This document shows positions 38,759 through 51,400 of a stretch of DNA of 64,000 bases, piece by piece. The position numbers and the translations under genes are program-made. Every line of letters begins with the position of its first letter. Within the stretch, counting starts at the first letter, position 1. The notes beneath the pieces were generated by a model that did no database searches, was not told where the DNA came from, and worked only from the letters and a program-made list of their open reading frames with translations. The stretch spans positions 111,720 through 175,719 of the forward strand of contig DF237093.1 in assembly GCA_000708835.1 (NCBI GenBank). Direction: 5' to 3'. The stretch comes from Klebsormidium nitens (lineage: Eukaryota; Plantae; Klebsormidiophyceae).

Positions 38759-40616
38759 ATGACTGACCGCTTAGTGGACGCTGCGGATCTCCCCGCTTTC
38801 GAGCAAATTGTCAGCGGGGCACCTGAGGCGGTGGTGCACTTCTGGGCTTCCTGGTGTGAGCCCTGCAAGCACCTAGACAACATTCTCGCACAACTAGCGT
38901 CTGAGAATCAGAACGCAGCATTCGTGCGGGTGGAAGCGGAGGAGGTCGCAGACGTGTCGGAGAAGTATGACGTCGCTGCTGTTCCCTTCTTCCTTTTCTT
39001 CAAGGTGAGTTGGGTGGCTAGGTAGTGTCAGGTGATGAAGAATTGGTGCAAAAAGCAGCTCCTTAATATTGATGAAAAGACTCTCTTTCTTGAAAGCTTT
39101 TGAAATTCATCTCACGAGTACAACTTCTTGGGTTTTGCAGCTACTTTGTATTGCATGTTTTGCTCATGAATAATAGCAAGCTAGCACTGCGCCGGGCATG
39201 AGAAGTGTCTTGTTAAGGTTCCATGGATTGGGACAGCTTCACATTTAGTGGAAGAAATAAGCTCCTTTCAAATTGGCAATTAAACCGTAGGTTCAGGTGC
39301 TTGATGAGGTGACAAGTTTGACGTGCTTTCACTGAGCAATTTGTCGATTTGGCAGGAGGTGGGTCAGCGCATATTGGTGACAAACTGGGGGGGCTAACTT
39401 ATGTACAGAGAAGGTGTTTATTGCTTGCTGCAATTCTCTGACGGTTGAGGACCACTTCAGGGCCTGTAGTTACTGAGTTCTTTCTTGTTGGCATCAGTGT
39501 CCGTCCGCATCAGGTCCTCTTTCTCTTTCAGCGATGAAACTAATCAGTTTTGAAAATTGTTCTAGTGCTGCAATCCTTCTTCATCATTGCAATCAATCCT
39601 CAGTATTGCAATCCATCCTTATCAATCTGATTAGTGTATCATTACTGCAATGTTTCATGACTGCCATCCATCTTTATCATGATCAATGTCCAGCGAGCTT
39701 CCCCACTGATTGGGGCGTATTCACTCTTCCTCTTGTGCAGAATGGTGCTCTGGTGGACTGCTTGGAAGGCGCCAACCCTGGGGAGCTCAGCAAAAAGGTC
39801 GCGCTGCACCTGAAGGGAACAGGATCCGCAAATGGCGCAATTTCGGCTAAGTCTAGTGGTTCCGCCCCCGCAACCCAGGCCCCCAGCGTCAAGGCCGCCC
39901 CTTCTAAAGATGCCCTGCAAGCAAAGCTCACCGCCCTAGTTAAGTCTCGGCCGGTTCTCTTGTTCATGAAAGGCACTCCGGAAGCCCCCCGCTGCGGGTT
40001 CAGTAAAAAAGTGGTGGCGGCATTGAAGGAGGAGAACGTCCCGTTTGGCTCGTTTGACATTTTGGGAGACGAGGAGGTGCGCCAGGGGATGAAGGAGTTC
40101 TCGAACTGGCCGACGTTTCCGCAGCTTTATGTGAACGGGGAGCTCGTGGGGGGGTGCGACATTGTACTGGAAATGGCCCAAAGTGGGGAGTTACGAGAGC
40201 TGCTTCAGAAAGAGGGGGTGACGGCGGTCGTCGATAAGGCGACTACGAGTGAAACGAAAGTGACGGACTCGGAGCAGGTGCAGGATAAGAGCGTGGTCGA
40301 GGGAGGGAAGGGAAGGCTGGAGGACCGGTTAGAGGCGCTGGTTAACTCCAAACCCGTGGTCCTCTTTATGAAGGGCACGCCGGAGAATCCCCGGTGCGGG
40401 TTCAGTCAGAAGGTGGTCAGGGCGTTGCGGGAGGAGGGGGTAGACTTCGGGAGCTTTGACATTCTGAGTGACGAGGAGGTGCGGCAGGGCCTCAAGGCGT
40501 ACTCGAACTGGCCGACGTTCCCGCAGCTGTACAGCAAGGGCGAGCTTGTTGGGGGGTGCGACATCGTTCTCGAGATGCACGAGAGCGGGGAACTGAAAGA
40601 AGCTCTAGCTGCCTAG
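38759..40616 (+). CDS. GRXS17: Multidomain monothiol glutaredoxin (GRXS17/PICOT type): thioredoxin-like domain plus two CGFS glutaredoxin domains; 2 exons
   Basis: Exons 38759-39004 and 39741-40616 join in phase 0. Trx-like domain [13 protein letters not shown]; two repeats of [17 protein letters not shown]...[18 protein letters not shown]. Confidence 0.95.
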
Positions 40617-42081
40617 GAGTACAGATGGGCGGACTTGGGCATCGGTATACACTAGAAGAGTCATACGGAAAGCTGGAATTTTGAAAGCATGCAACTGATC
40701 ATCCGAAGCTAGGAGATGAAATGCTTTATAAGCAGATGAACTGACGGGACATGATACTTCGTATAGTCTTGATTAATGAACCGATGAGCTTGTTCTTCGA
40801 CTCGTGCTCCTCTCTTTTACGTCAGTTGACTGCGGCGAAGCGCACCCGGCTTCGCATCAATCATGCGCCGGGGGCCGGGCGGGTGGACGTACGTACTCTT
40901 AAGTTGCATGCTGCCCACTGAGAAGCTGCCCATGGCACCAGACCATGCTTTGATTTAAACCTGGCCTCCCATGGGTTGGACAGATGAGATTATTATTTCC
41001 ACGATTGTGATTGAGATTAGTGCGAAATTAAAACATGAGTGCGACCTGATTTGCTCTGCAGTATTCGTGCTTCTGGCAAGAGCCACGTCAGTGCGGTGCA
41101 ACATGTTTTGACTACGTCATGTACGTCTGTGACAGTCCTAGAGATGCAAGCGTTGAAGGCTCTTTGTCCACTTCATGAAGTGGGCTAAATTGCACGCAAT
41201 CCTTGGTCGCGCACTGGCGCCTACTAGTCTGTATGGCGCCCGGGCCAGCGAGGCCTGTGCATGATCAAACGGCCAAAAATTATTGAGGCCGCCCTTACGG
41301 CTTCGATCACCAAATATGGCTGGCTGCACGCCCCCCCCCCGCCTCGCTAATTTGCTAGACACGCCGCAGCAGTGGCGGCATGCTGCAACATATAGCCCGA
41401 ATACGTTACCCCCCTATGTAATTGAACCGGGCAAGCACAAAAGCTACTACGTTTTGTTTAAGTTGGTGATAGGCTTATACAGAATGCCGAAAGGGGGCGA
41501 AGCCAGTACCGAATCGCTGCATACTCTTAATCAAGAGATTCTCCGGCATGCGCAGAAGGAACCATAATAGCTTGAGTCCGTGGCTTGACCAACAAAGCAC
41601 GCCGTTTTGACTTTCTGTGCACAAGATCGCTTCTTGGATATTGAAGATATGTACGATCGGGCTTAACAATCCAGCAGAGATAATCCGATCAAGGAACATA
41701 GTTACTCTACCCAACATGAGTGATTGGCGTTACGTTGTCAGATCTCTGGAATGCCTCGTCAAATTCTTCCTGATTTTCACTTGAATCCATTTGTTTCAAC
41801 ACGTCATGAAATATACAAGTGAGATTTGAAGCGGTTGATGTATCCGCCCCAGCGAACGGTACAGTCAAACTGGGCCTTTTGAGAAGACGCGTATCCAACG
41901 CTTTTTTCGAATCATGCGCAGCACTAATATGCAGCCGTTAGAGAAGCAACGAGTCACCTGGCAATGCTTCTTGGTCCAAAGAGGTCGACCATGGTACAGA
42001 ATAAGGACAAGCTTCTCTACCATGAACACTACAGCATCTGTCGCACTAATCTGGGTTCATCTGCCTGTCTTTCCTGGCCAT

Positions 42082-43623
42082 CTACTCTGCGAGGGAGATA
42101 GGTACCAACGGTTTCTCTCCCTTTGACACGCAGTGTCTCTTGTGTGATGGCCAATGAAGCTTCTGGTGCTTCTGGCTGTAAAGAAAAGATGCGAATGTTC
42201 GTTACCCAGGTTTTCATTGGACAGCAAGACTCCGATTGTACAACTAGTTTTGACCAAAGAAGTCAAAAATAAAGTAGAGGAGGATCAAATTCAACAGACA
42301 CACTCATATTGTCATACGGCTGCGCAGGGTGCGAATTGATCCATAGGTTTTTATATAAGATGTGAGTTGTTCGATGCGTTCTGGCCTTCTTTCTTGGAGT
42401 ACACCCCTGTAGTCAAGTCTCTCAAGTCTCTCGTAAACTTTAAAATTTGTTCTGCCACGAATTCAGGAAGAGTTTTCCCATGCACGGAGACAATTTGAGA
42501 AAGAGTTTTCTCATGCAAAGAGACGCTGCCTAAGATGCAGAAATACCCACCTGCAGTAGCGCGCCACACCGCATCGCCCGCATCTGCTGAGGGCCGAGGC
42601 GTGCTCCAAGTGTTCCAACATGGATTCCGTATACTCCATAGCTTCACACTCCTTCCAAGAGCACACCACTGGCGTGGAGAACACGGACCTCTTGAAGTTC
42701 TTCCAGGCAGGATGGGTCACAGGTAAGGTAAAATCTCTGAACTTTTGCCCGTCCTTCGAGTTTGTCAGCTTGCCTTTGACCAATTCCCAAAAGTCAGTGC
42801 CGCGTATACCCTCTTTCAGGACGGTAGAGAGCGGTTCCAAGGTTGACAGGAAGCCAGACTGTCTCAGCCTTTCGAGGGAATCCTCCGAGCTGATCAACCG
42901 CAGCAAAGCTATGTTGCACCGACTCAGGACGTCGAAGCGATCCCCTTGCATCCTAGTCCGATAGAGCTCTGCAATGATGTAGATGTATCCTGCGTCAATC
43001 AACCACAGACGGCTGTCTCCCGACAGCGACAGGGCCTCAATCATCCTGGCCAAGGATTCCCTCAAGGCGAAGATATCAATTTCTGAGGCCTGCTTCAAAT
43101 ACTCGCCAGCAAGCACTTTGTGGATCGGAGGAAGGGGATTCAAGCCAAGCGCCTGCATGCTTTTCCGGAACAGCTTCGAAGCCTGAGAGAAGTTGCTGAA
43201 AGCTTGAAATGTCAAGGAAGCCTCGAGCGGAGTTGCTTGGTCATACAAAATTCGCGTGAACTTCCTCGCAAACTCGAAAACCAGGTTTTCAACCGTCCCT
43301 TCTCCTGTCAGACACACCTGAGCTGCTACCTTGCTGGTTGTCAGTTTTGGGAGGACGGTAGAAGTTAAACCACAAAGGAACTCCTGCTGCAGCCCAAACT
43401 CACAGCTGTCGTCATACCTTGACAGCCAGTTACTCATCAGCTTTTTCATAACCCGGCCTTGTTCGTAACCTGCAAGCTCTTGGATGACTCTGGCAAAGCG
43501 CACAAAATCCCTTTTTGTTTTCGGGGCTAGCCATAGGTTGTCCAGAACTTCCATTGCCCCCTTTATATCGGACGTTTGGTCAGAAAGCAAACCAAGTGCT
43601 GCTTTATCCACAATAGAGTCCAT
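42082..43623 (-). CDS. MYND-type zinc-finger protein with a long helical N-terminal region; 2 exons
   Basis: Exon 43623-42551 ends CSWKEC...CGRCGVARYC. A phase-2 intron leads to exon 42175-42082, giving SQKHQKLHWPSHKRHC...*. The start codon is uncertain and an upstream exon is possible. Confidence 0.8.
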
Positions 43624-45414
43624 AGCCCTGCCAGGTGCTGTGTTGTCAGGGTTTGCTCTTCTGAGGGCTCAATTCAGCATTTGTCGAGAAAAGGACGTTC
43701 AACACCCTAACAGATGCTCACGACCTCTACGGAGCCTCAGCACGTCCCCATGCTCTGCCTGATCAGGATCAAGTGTTTCAACAGCATATCAGAGTGCCAA
43801 TTCCTCGATGAACCATCAGGTTCATTGACGCACGCGCTCCTTATGCAGCATTCACCAAAGATCTGCGGACCTCACAGCTTCCAGCTTTCCTCCAAGAAAG
43901 ACACAATCCTCACCATCCAACAATGGCATTATGACAAATCCAGGCTACCAGTCTGCTGTATGTGCAAAGAGTCTGCCGTTATGCTTCCTTGCACTTGCGC
44001 CCTCCCAAAGCCAGCCTTAAAGCGGGAGAACGAGAAACCAAGCAGCGCCTTGGCTCAATCGCGTTAAAGAGGACTGCTGCGAAGATGCATGGCATCGCCT
44101 CGCTTTTAGTAGACTGAATCCTCAAGTTGGCAAGACAAGCTTGGCGAACGAATTTCGTCATGCACGAGTTTGATTTCCGCAGCTCAAACTCAAATCTGGC
44201 CGCTTCACGAGCACTCGGTTGGCTCGCTTGATTTGGGCGTCAGCTCGTAGGATAGAAGAGATTAAGCCGTTGTTGCCGATTGAACGAGCGATCTGTCGAA
44301 CGGCTCTGCTTCTAAGATCCGGTCTCATAGCTCTTAAATCCTTATAGGTATTGAACTTTATCCTTATTAGTAAGATCGACTGGCGCAAAGCAGCCAGCTA
44401 TCCGGGGCTGACGTCTCAAGGTTCATTCTCAGGTCTAGTGATGAGGTTCCTCCAGCAGCGCTGGTCTCAGAATCTGCATGGGCGTTCTGCCTTAAAAGGA
44501 TCCGCTGTAAATGCAAATGAATTCTGTACCGGCACGCCAGTTTCTCTGGTTCTAGCTTCCGTCGTTGATAATTCGTGATTCGCTGTCTGTAATCCACATG
44601 TCCTTAAGAACGAACTGATTTCGAGTAAGGAGTCTTACTACCGCGTCCTGATCGTGCATATTTTGGATCGCAGATCAAGGGCGCCAGCACCGCGATCTCA
44701 AATGCTCCATCAATTCTTAACTTAGCATTCATATCATTACAGGTCGCATGCACACCGTACCTAATGCGCAGATCTCGAACATGCATGTGCCTACCTATAA
44801 GCATTGCGCATAGAGATTCTTGCAGTATCGAGCTAATCATCGATCAGCCGTGAATTGAACGGCCAAGTATAGCTACTACCTCTACTTCAGTATATGCAAC
44901 TGCAGAAAGTGCGGTACCAGCAAGAAACTTCTCGACCTTATGTTTCACAGGAATAGCTTCCGACACAATCTGCTCACTCAACGTACATACAGCTGCCTGA
45001 TCAAGATTGTACAACATACACTTGCACGTACATTGTGCGACATGCTGGTCAAAGCAGAATCCGTATAAAATGCATGTCGTAGACGGTCACTGATCATGGT
45101 GCGGACCCCACACTCGGAATCTATAAGATACATCCAATTGGATTCTGTACTGCTTAGCCAACATTGATCTTGACTTGGCAACCTCTTGCCAAGAACGCCG
45201 CGGAACGAGCACCACGATTTCAGGCCGTCTTTCGTCAGGCAGCGTTGTGGACTCGCAATACCCAAATGATCAATCAGACTGTTACCTCTTCGGCGGAGCC
45301 CTGAAACTGGAATGTGATCGTGCTGAAGTACTGCTCGTTCAACATGGAGGGCTCTCAATTAGCAACTCACCTAAGACCTAATTAGCTTATCTCTATGCAG
45401 TCGAGTTCCGATGA

Positions 45415-48400
45415 TTAGCAGTCAGACTCCGTAAGATCGATGGGAGACTGCTCCGAGCTACCCCCGGCCGCCTTCCTGATCGGTCTCGCAGAGCCGGTTG
45501 CATTGGCGGGAGCGACGATCTTCGTTTTGAACATGCTGTGGAGGGTGTTCGTCTGCTGCGTTGGCAGTGATCTCTTTCGCTTGGCATCTTTCTGCCCAGT
45601 TTCCGCCTGAAAAAGAGCGTCAAGGTTTGGTCAACAAGCCTTTTAGCACAAACTATGGAAACTATGAAAACTAGAGGACTCGAGAAAATAGGAGCATTAC
45701 TAGGTTTCAGTCAAAGGGAGCCTGACACGCAACCTACATCGAGCGATTCAGTCCATGCCACGCATATCTAAGCGTCCCCAACACCACTAGAGTCGCAAAG
45801 CGTGTGCAAAGATGGCCTGGCGTGCATATAACCATGCCGGACCATCTACAGAGCCTGATTCTAACCAAGTTGCACGCCTTACCTGCGCCGGCCGCTTGCC
45901 AGCCTGACCAACGGCCCCTGCGATTGTCTGCTTCAGATCTATGCTGTCGACAGCCGCTGACGCATGCACCGTCCGAACAGGAATTGTTCCGCCTTTTGAA
46001 TTGTTCATGGTGTTCGCTACCGCTGGCAGCGGACCAACGGTTGGCGCATCCGCAGTCTTCGGCTGGAAGAAACCTGCGGAAGAACGGACCAGGTCACTAA
46101 CACGCAACAAGATTATAAGCTGAAACGTGTCCTCGAAAATGACGAGAATTGCAATAGTTTTCCTCATGCGCCTCTCGTCCGTGCGCCGCTGAGCCGTCCA
46201 TACAAGACCTGCTCGGTACAAAAGACCTAACAAGCCCTTTTGCTACTCCAAGAATAGCCCGCTACTGCATGTACGAAATCGCTTCTCGACAACGGAAACG
46301 CGAAATACGCTCTTAAACGGATCGACTTATCAGGAGCGTTTCCGGACTTACTAAGCATGGTCAACTTCGGCCGCGTCGCCTTGGCCAGCGCCTTCGGGTC
46401 CACGGGCCGGACGGGCTCCACGGTGCTCTGCGTCGTCTTAGACCAGGCAGCCCGCTCTAGTTGCGCCGCGGTTACGAGCGCCTTCACCTCTTCCAACAGA
46501 TATGCGGGGTACCGGATGCCGATGACCTTGTCCGTGTCGTTGAGCTCAACGCGCACTACTCGCATGCCCCGGTCACCTGCCATGCAAAGACGGCCAGGCT
46601 GATATTGCCCGGAAATTGGAACCAGGGGAGCCGGCAGAAACTCTCTCTGCTCGGTAACGGCGACAACCGTTTCGCAGTACGGGCATCACGCAGCGCGTCT
46701 CTTCTACCAACATCCACCCGTGCACTTGCGTGTAATAAACCTTTCCGCCTACGCATTCGTGTTCTCCGTGAAGAAGTGGAAGCGAATACCGCGACATTTT
46801 ACAGGCAGAGAGAGCAGAATGGAATTCTTTATTTTCGGTGGAGCGGGTTGTACGGACTTGACCCTCTTCGCAAGAACGCCCGCCTTCCAGCAAGTGAGCA
46901 ATCAGCAGAGCGATCACCATTAAGCGCGAAGCGGCTCACTTTTGTTGAGCTGCATGGCGTACTTGTCGAGGAGCTGCTCCAGCGTGCCCCAGATGGGCAC
47001 CACCGCGCCCTGCAGCACCGTCACCTCGCTCACCCGCATGCCCGCGGCGCAGCTCCGACCGTTGGTGCACGCCGCACCGTGCAGGCTGCAGAAATCACGC
47101 GGATCAGGCGTGTTCGTTAACACTATGGTCAAGCACTCCGTTAACGGTATGGTTGAACACTTGGTTCAAAGCAGTGCCGTCGTGGATCCGTCTGGGCCTC
47201 TCGTGAGATAACTTCGACCGCCTGCTCCGCCTTGTTTGAACCAGTATCGACGGGCCTCCTTCCATTTGTCAACGGGTTCATATGTCGAATACACACCAGA
47301 AATGGAGTTCCCCCACAACGGAGCTACTTGATATTTTTTGCAGCAGCTACGACTCGACACGATCCAGAGATGCTTGTTAGAATTGGCACTCTGTGATGAC
47401 AGTGACAGAAGGGGCTGGAGGGATAACATAAACTCTGGCCATCCTTTGCGAACCCCCTTGGCTGTAACCCCAACGGTTGGCTTTGTCAAAAACACCCTCT
47501 GAACCGTCGATCTGAATGGTTATTACCGACGAGGTCCTCGAGTGTGACCGGCCGAAAGTCCGCGTTCTCCTTCCATCCATTCTAACATTCAGAGAAACAA
47601 GCGCGCCGCTCACCAGGAGTGCAGCGAGCGCTCGTACATGGCGGTCCAGCCGGCCTGCACCTTGTCGGGCTCCATCGCGCGGTACTTGTCTGCGAGCTCG
47701 TCCTCGTCCATCTCGAAGAACGACTTGCCGGTGTTGGGCCGCGTCACCACGAACGCGCTGGCGCCCGGCTTCTGAATTGCCATGAGGAACATCGGCCTGC
47801 AAGGTGCAGAGAGCATGTTGACCAGTTTTACTACAATTCCCCTGTTGTTCGGAGTGCCAACGGTCCAAAAAAGACGACGTGAAAAGTCAATTCGCCTTTG
47901 ATCTCCCTCGACTGCCAGGACCGCTGAGCTGGAGTATGCATCGAAAGCTGCGCACTTTCCATTTAAGAACTGCAGCCAAAACAGTGCATGACGAGCCCAG
48001 TGTTACTGAGAATTACTGGCTGATACACGGACAAGGACATATATCAACCCAGCACGCACTCCTCCAAAATCATCAGTCTCAAAAATCCCAGAGTCGCTGA
48101 AACCGACGATTCGTCCACAGAGAGAGCCCTACTCACCTCCCAAACCACTCTCGGTTGCTCATGTAAAACCCGTCTCGTGGCTCTCCCCGCTCGTGCTCTA
48201 GCTGCGCTACCGCCGCTTCAAAGGAGACCCCCCTGTCGACGATGAGGTCGTGCCGCTTGGTGGCCAGCCCGGACCAGGGGTCGGTCCAGACCACCTCCGG
48301 GGGCTTCGCCCGCCGAACGTCGGTGCCCGGGAGGTCGCTCACCCCCTCGCTGTACTTGCCCTCCTGCTTGGCGGCGCGCACTTCGGCCGCCAGCACCTAA

Positions 48401-51400
48401 AGGGGGGAGAGGTGGGTGTGAATAGGCGTCGGAGAGGGACGCCAAGTGGAAACGACGGCAGAATCTTATTTTTGGCGAAAGAAAATTGAGTAGATACAGT
48501 CAGAACACCAAGTCCATTCTTTTACCGAACGCAAACACCAAAGAACGGGATGAGCGGTAATCATTTTTCCGCGATGCCCCGTTTCATTGAGGGATCCTGT
48601 TCTTGCACCCGTTAAGGATCAATCTACCACAAACTGACGATAAAATGGCCGTCTACAAAGTCACGAGAAGACATCTTTGATCGGACGCAGCAAACAGCAT
48701 GCACTTCTCTTCAGCGAGGCTTAGGCAAGATCGACTGAACGACAATCAACAATCATAAGGCTTTCGTCAGTCTTCTGAAAATCACCCTATCAAGTGGAGT
48801 ATCAGCAACAATGCCGGCCAATGTTCCTGTACCGAGTCACTTACCGCGACGAAGTAATTGAAGAGCACGTTCTGTTTCCGGCAGGGCAGCCCCAGCAGCC
48901 GGTTCAGGAACCTCTTGACGTCGCTCAGGTCCTTCCCCACCGCCTCCGCCGTGCTCAAGTCGTCTGTCGCGGCCGCGTCTCCCGCCCCCGCGGCCGCGCT
49001 CGCCTGCCGCACTTGCCGCATCATCTCGGTCGCCAGCTGTACCTTTAGCGGATCTTTCGAGGCGATGAGTTCGGACACGATCCGGTACAGCGCTCCGTTG
49101 TCCGGGGCGTCCGAGACTAGGGCACGTTTCCTGGTGGATTCGCTGACGTTGACGCCCATCAGAGTGACGCACTCTTGCATTGCGGTGTTGAGCTCGGTTG
49201 CGGTGCTGGGTTGGGAGCCGTCGTACGAGCTAAATGGGTTTAGGTCGTCGAAGCGGACGCCGTTCGGCAGGCGCGAGCTGCCTTCGATGATGGCGTCGTA
49301 CATCTTCTTGAGGGCCTGCAAGAGGAGGGGAACCGATGAAGACGAGGTATCCCCGTTTTCCGAATGGACTCTCGGAGTGAGATCAGAAAAAGCATTATGT
49401 TTGCTTGAACAAGTTCCGTTGTGGGGTCCAAAAATCGTGACCCAACTTCAAGCAGGGCTTAACGGGCTCGGTAAGTTATTGCAGAAAGCTTACAAATCAG
49501 AGGCGGCCCCCAAGCTAGAAACTCCGAGAGGAGGCAAGAATAACTTTTCGAACTTGCCCGCTCGGAAACGCTGTACTAAACATGGACCTGCCGAGTGATT
49601 AGCTCCAAGAAGCTCGGCGGGAGTTTGGGCAATAATCGACGGCTCACCTTCCGACCGAGCGGGCTGTCGATGTTCCACTCGCTCAGGTCCACCCCCGAGG
49701 CAGCCCGCCTGTCGCCCCTGGTCAGAGCGCCCAAGGATTGCAAGCGTCGAGCAACAGCGGAGGCGAAGCGCTTCTCGCCTCCCAAGTCGGTGGTGACCAG
49801 CTTGTACAAAGGAGCGCTGTTTGGAGAAAGAACGACCTGGGTTTGGAACGGTTTCCCGAAACTTCCGGAGGCATTTAACAGAGTCTCTGATGGAGGCACG
49901 TTGAGGCGTTATAGATACAGGAATTGTGGTCGCCTCGGTTCTTCTCAGGATTCGCATGCTTGATAGGTTCTTACCTGCATCTGCAGTATCCGGTACTTTG
50001 CTACAACGGTGAATTGCATAGACACAGCCGCACCAAGTTGAAACGATCTTCGATCAAGGACAGCACCCCGGTTTTAAACTTAGGGCGACATCACGAATCC
50101 ACCCCTTACCTAGTTTGATTGGACCGATGCGAGCGGCCCAATTGCTGGATCGCCTTGTCGGCGCTCCAGGGCAGCTCGATCGTGAGGTGCACTCTCCGCC
50201 GTTGATTTTCGACCCGCTGGTCGGCGTGCAGCGAGATGCCTGTGCTCGCCGCGTCTGACACGATAGCGACCAGCTTTTGGCCCTTCATGAAGGCCTTGCA
50301 CTCGCTGGTGTTAAGGCTGTCCAGCTCTGAGGCCTCCGACTTGACGCGCAGCTCGTACTGGATGGACCCATTCGCCTGAGAGGAGTCGCAGTATTTGAGA
50401 GACTTGATGATACCCCAGTGATGCAGCCACGAGGCAAAGTCAATCTTTCCTAAAACCAGGGGTAATTTCAACTTCCATGGATCCAATATCAGAATCAAAG
50501 AATATTGGCAATCACCTCAAATGCGTTGTCAAAGTCAAGGAAACGGTTGAGAAACGCAACCAGCCAAGCGTGCGGTCCCAGCACACAACGAAGGCTCAAT
50601 GACATTAAGGACCTACCGCTACAAACCTTTTGTTCGAAAAAGCACCGCAATCCCCAGGTTGAGGACAGATGCTTCTAAAAGCTGACCAGACGGACCGACC
50701 CGATACATGCGGGATATGCGCTGTGTCAGAAGGCAGCGACGGCACAATGAGACGCGGAAACTTGAACGTAGCTTACGAGCCTTACCGTTCGAACAACCCG
50801 TCCCTTCCGTCCCGTCATCTCGGCGACTGCCGACGGTCCCCCCAGCTGGTCTACAAGCTCGTCGAGAACGTTCGGCGGGAGCTCTAAATCACACGCGCTT
50901 TCTATCAACAGGTCGCGCATTGCCAGGCAGTTTTCCTCGATAGGCCCTGTCGGCGTGGCCCTCGCTGCTGCCGCTGACTGTGACGAAGGGCCGGCCTGAG
51001 TGCCGGCCTGCGACGCAGGGCCTTCGGAGCTGGCTCCTGGAGCTAGGTTTATTTGGAGGGTTTGGTCTTCGTAGATGCGGATGGGAAACTGCGTCTCGAT
51101 GAAGCGGAGCAGCATCTCCTTGGTGGTGGACACGAAATCGCTGATCTTCTCGTCCTTCTCCAACTCCTTGTCCAGGGACGCTTCACCGGTGGTCTGCATT
51201 TGAACAGTAAACCTTACGTAACAAATACAAAGCTGTCTACCTGCGAATGACATCAGCAGTCCAAGGAGGAAACTTCGACGTCTTGCACTGCTTTAACAGG
51301 TGTTTGCCTACTTGGGAAAAGTTCAGGCCTGACCAGGGACGCTTCACCGGTGGTCTGCATCACAGCAAGGTTCCCCTCTGTTGATTGCTGAAACAAATCG

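Noticed and set aside
44656-44705. Imperfect inverted repeat (gcatattttggatcgc ... gcgatctcaaatgc)
   Set aside because: Short, mismatched, without a target-site duplication or second copy; not enough evidence for a MITE or structured RNA.
48858-49598. 246-aa plus-strand ORF
   Set aside because: Antisense shadow of strawberry-notch exons.
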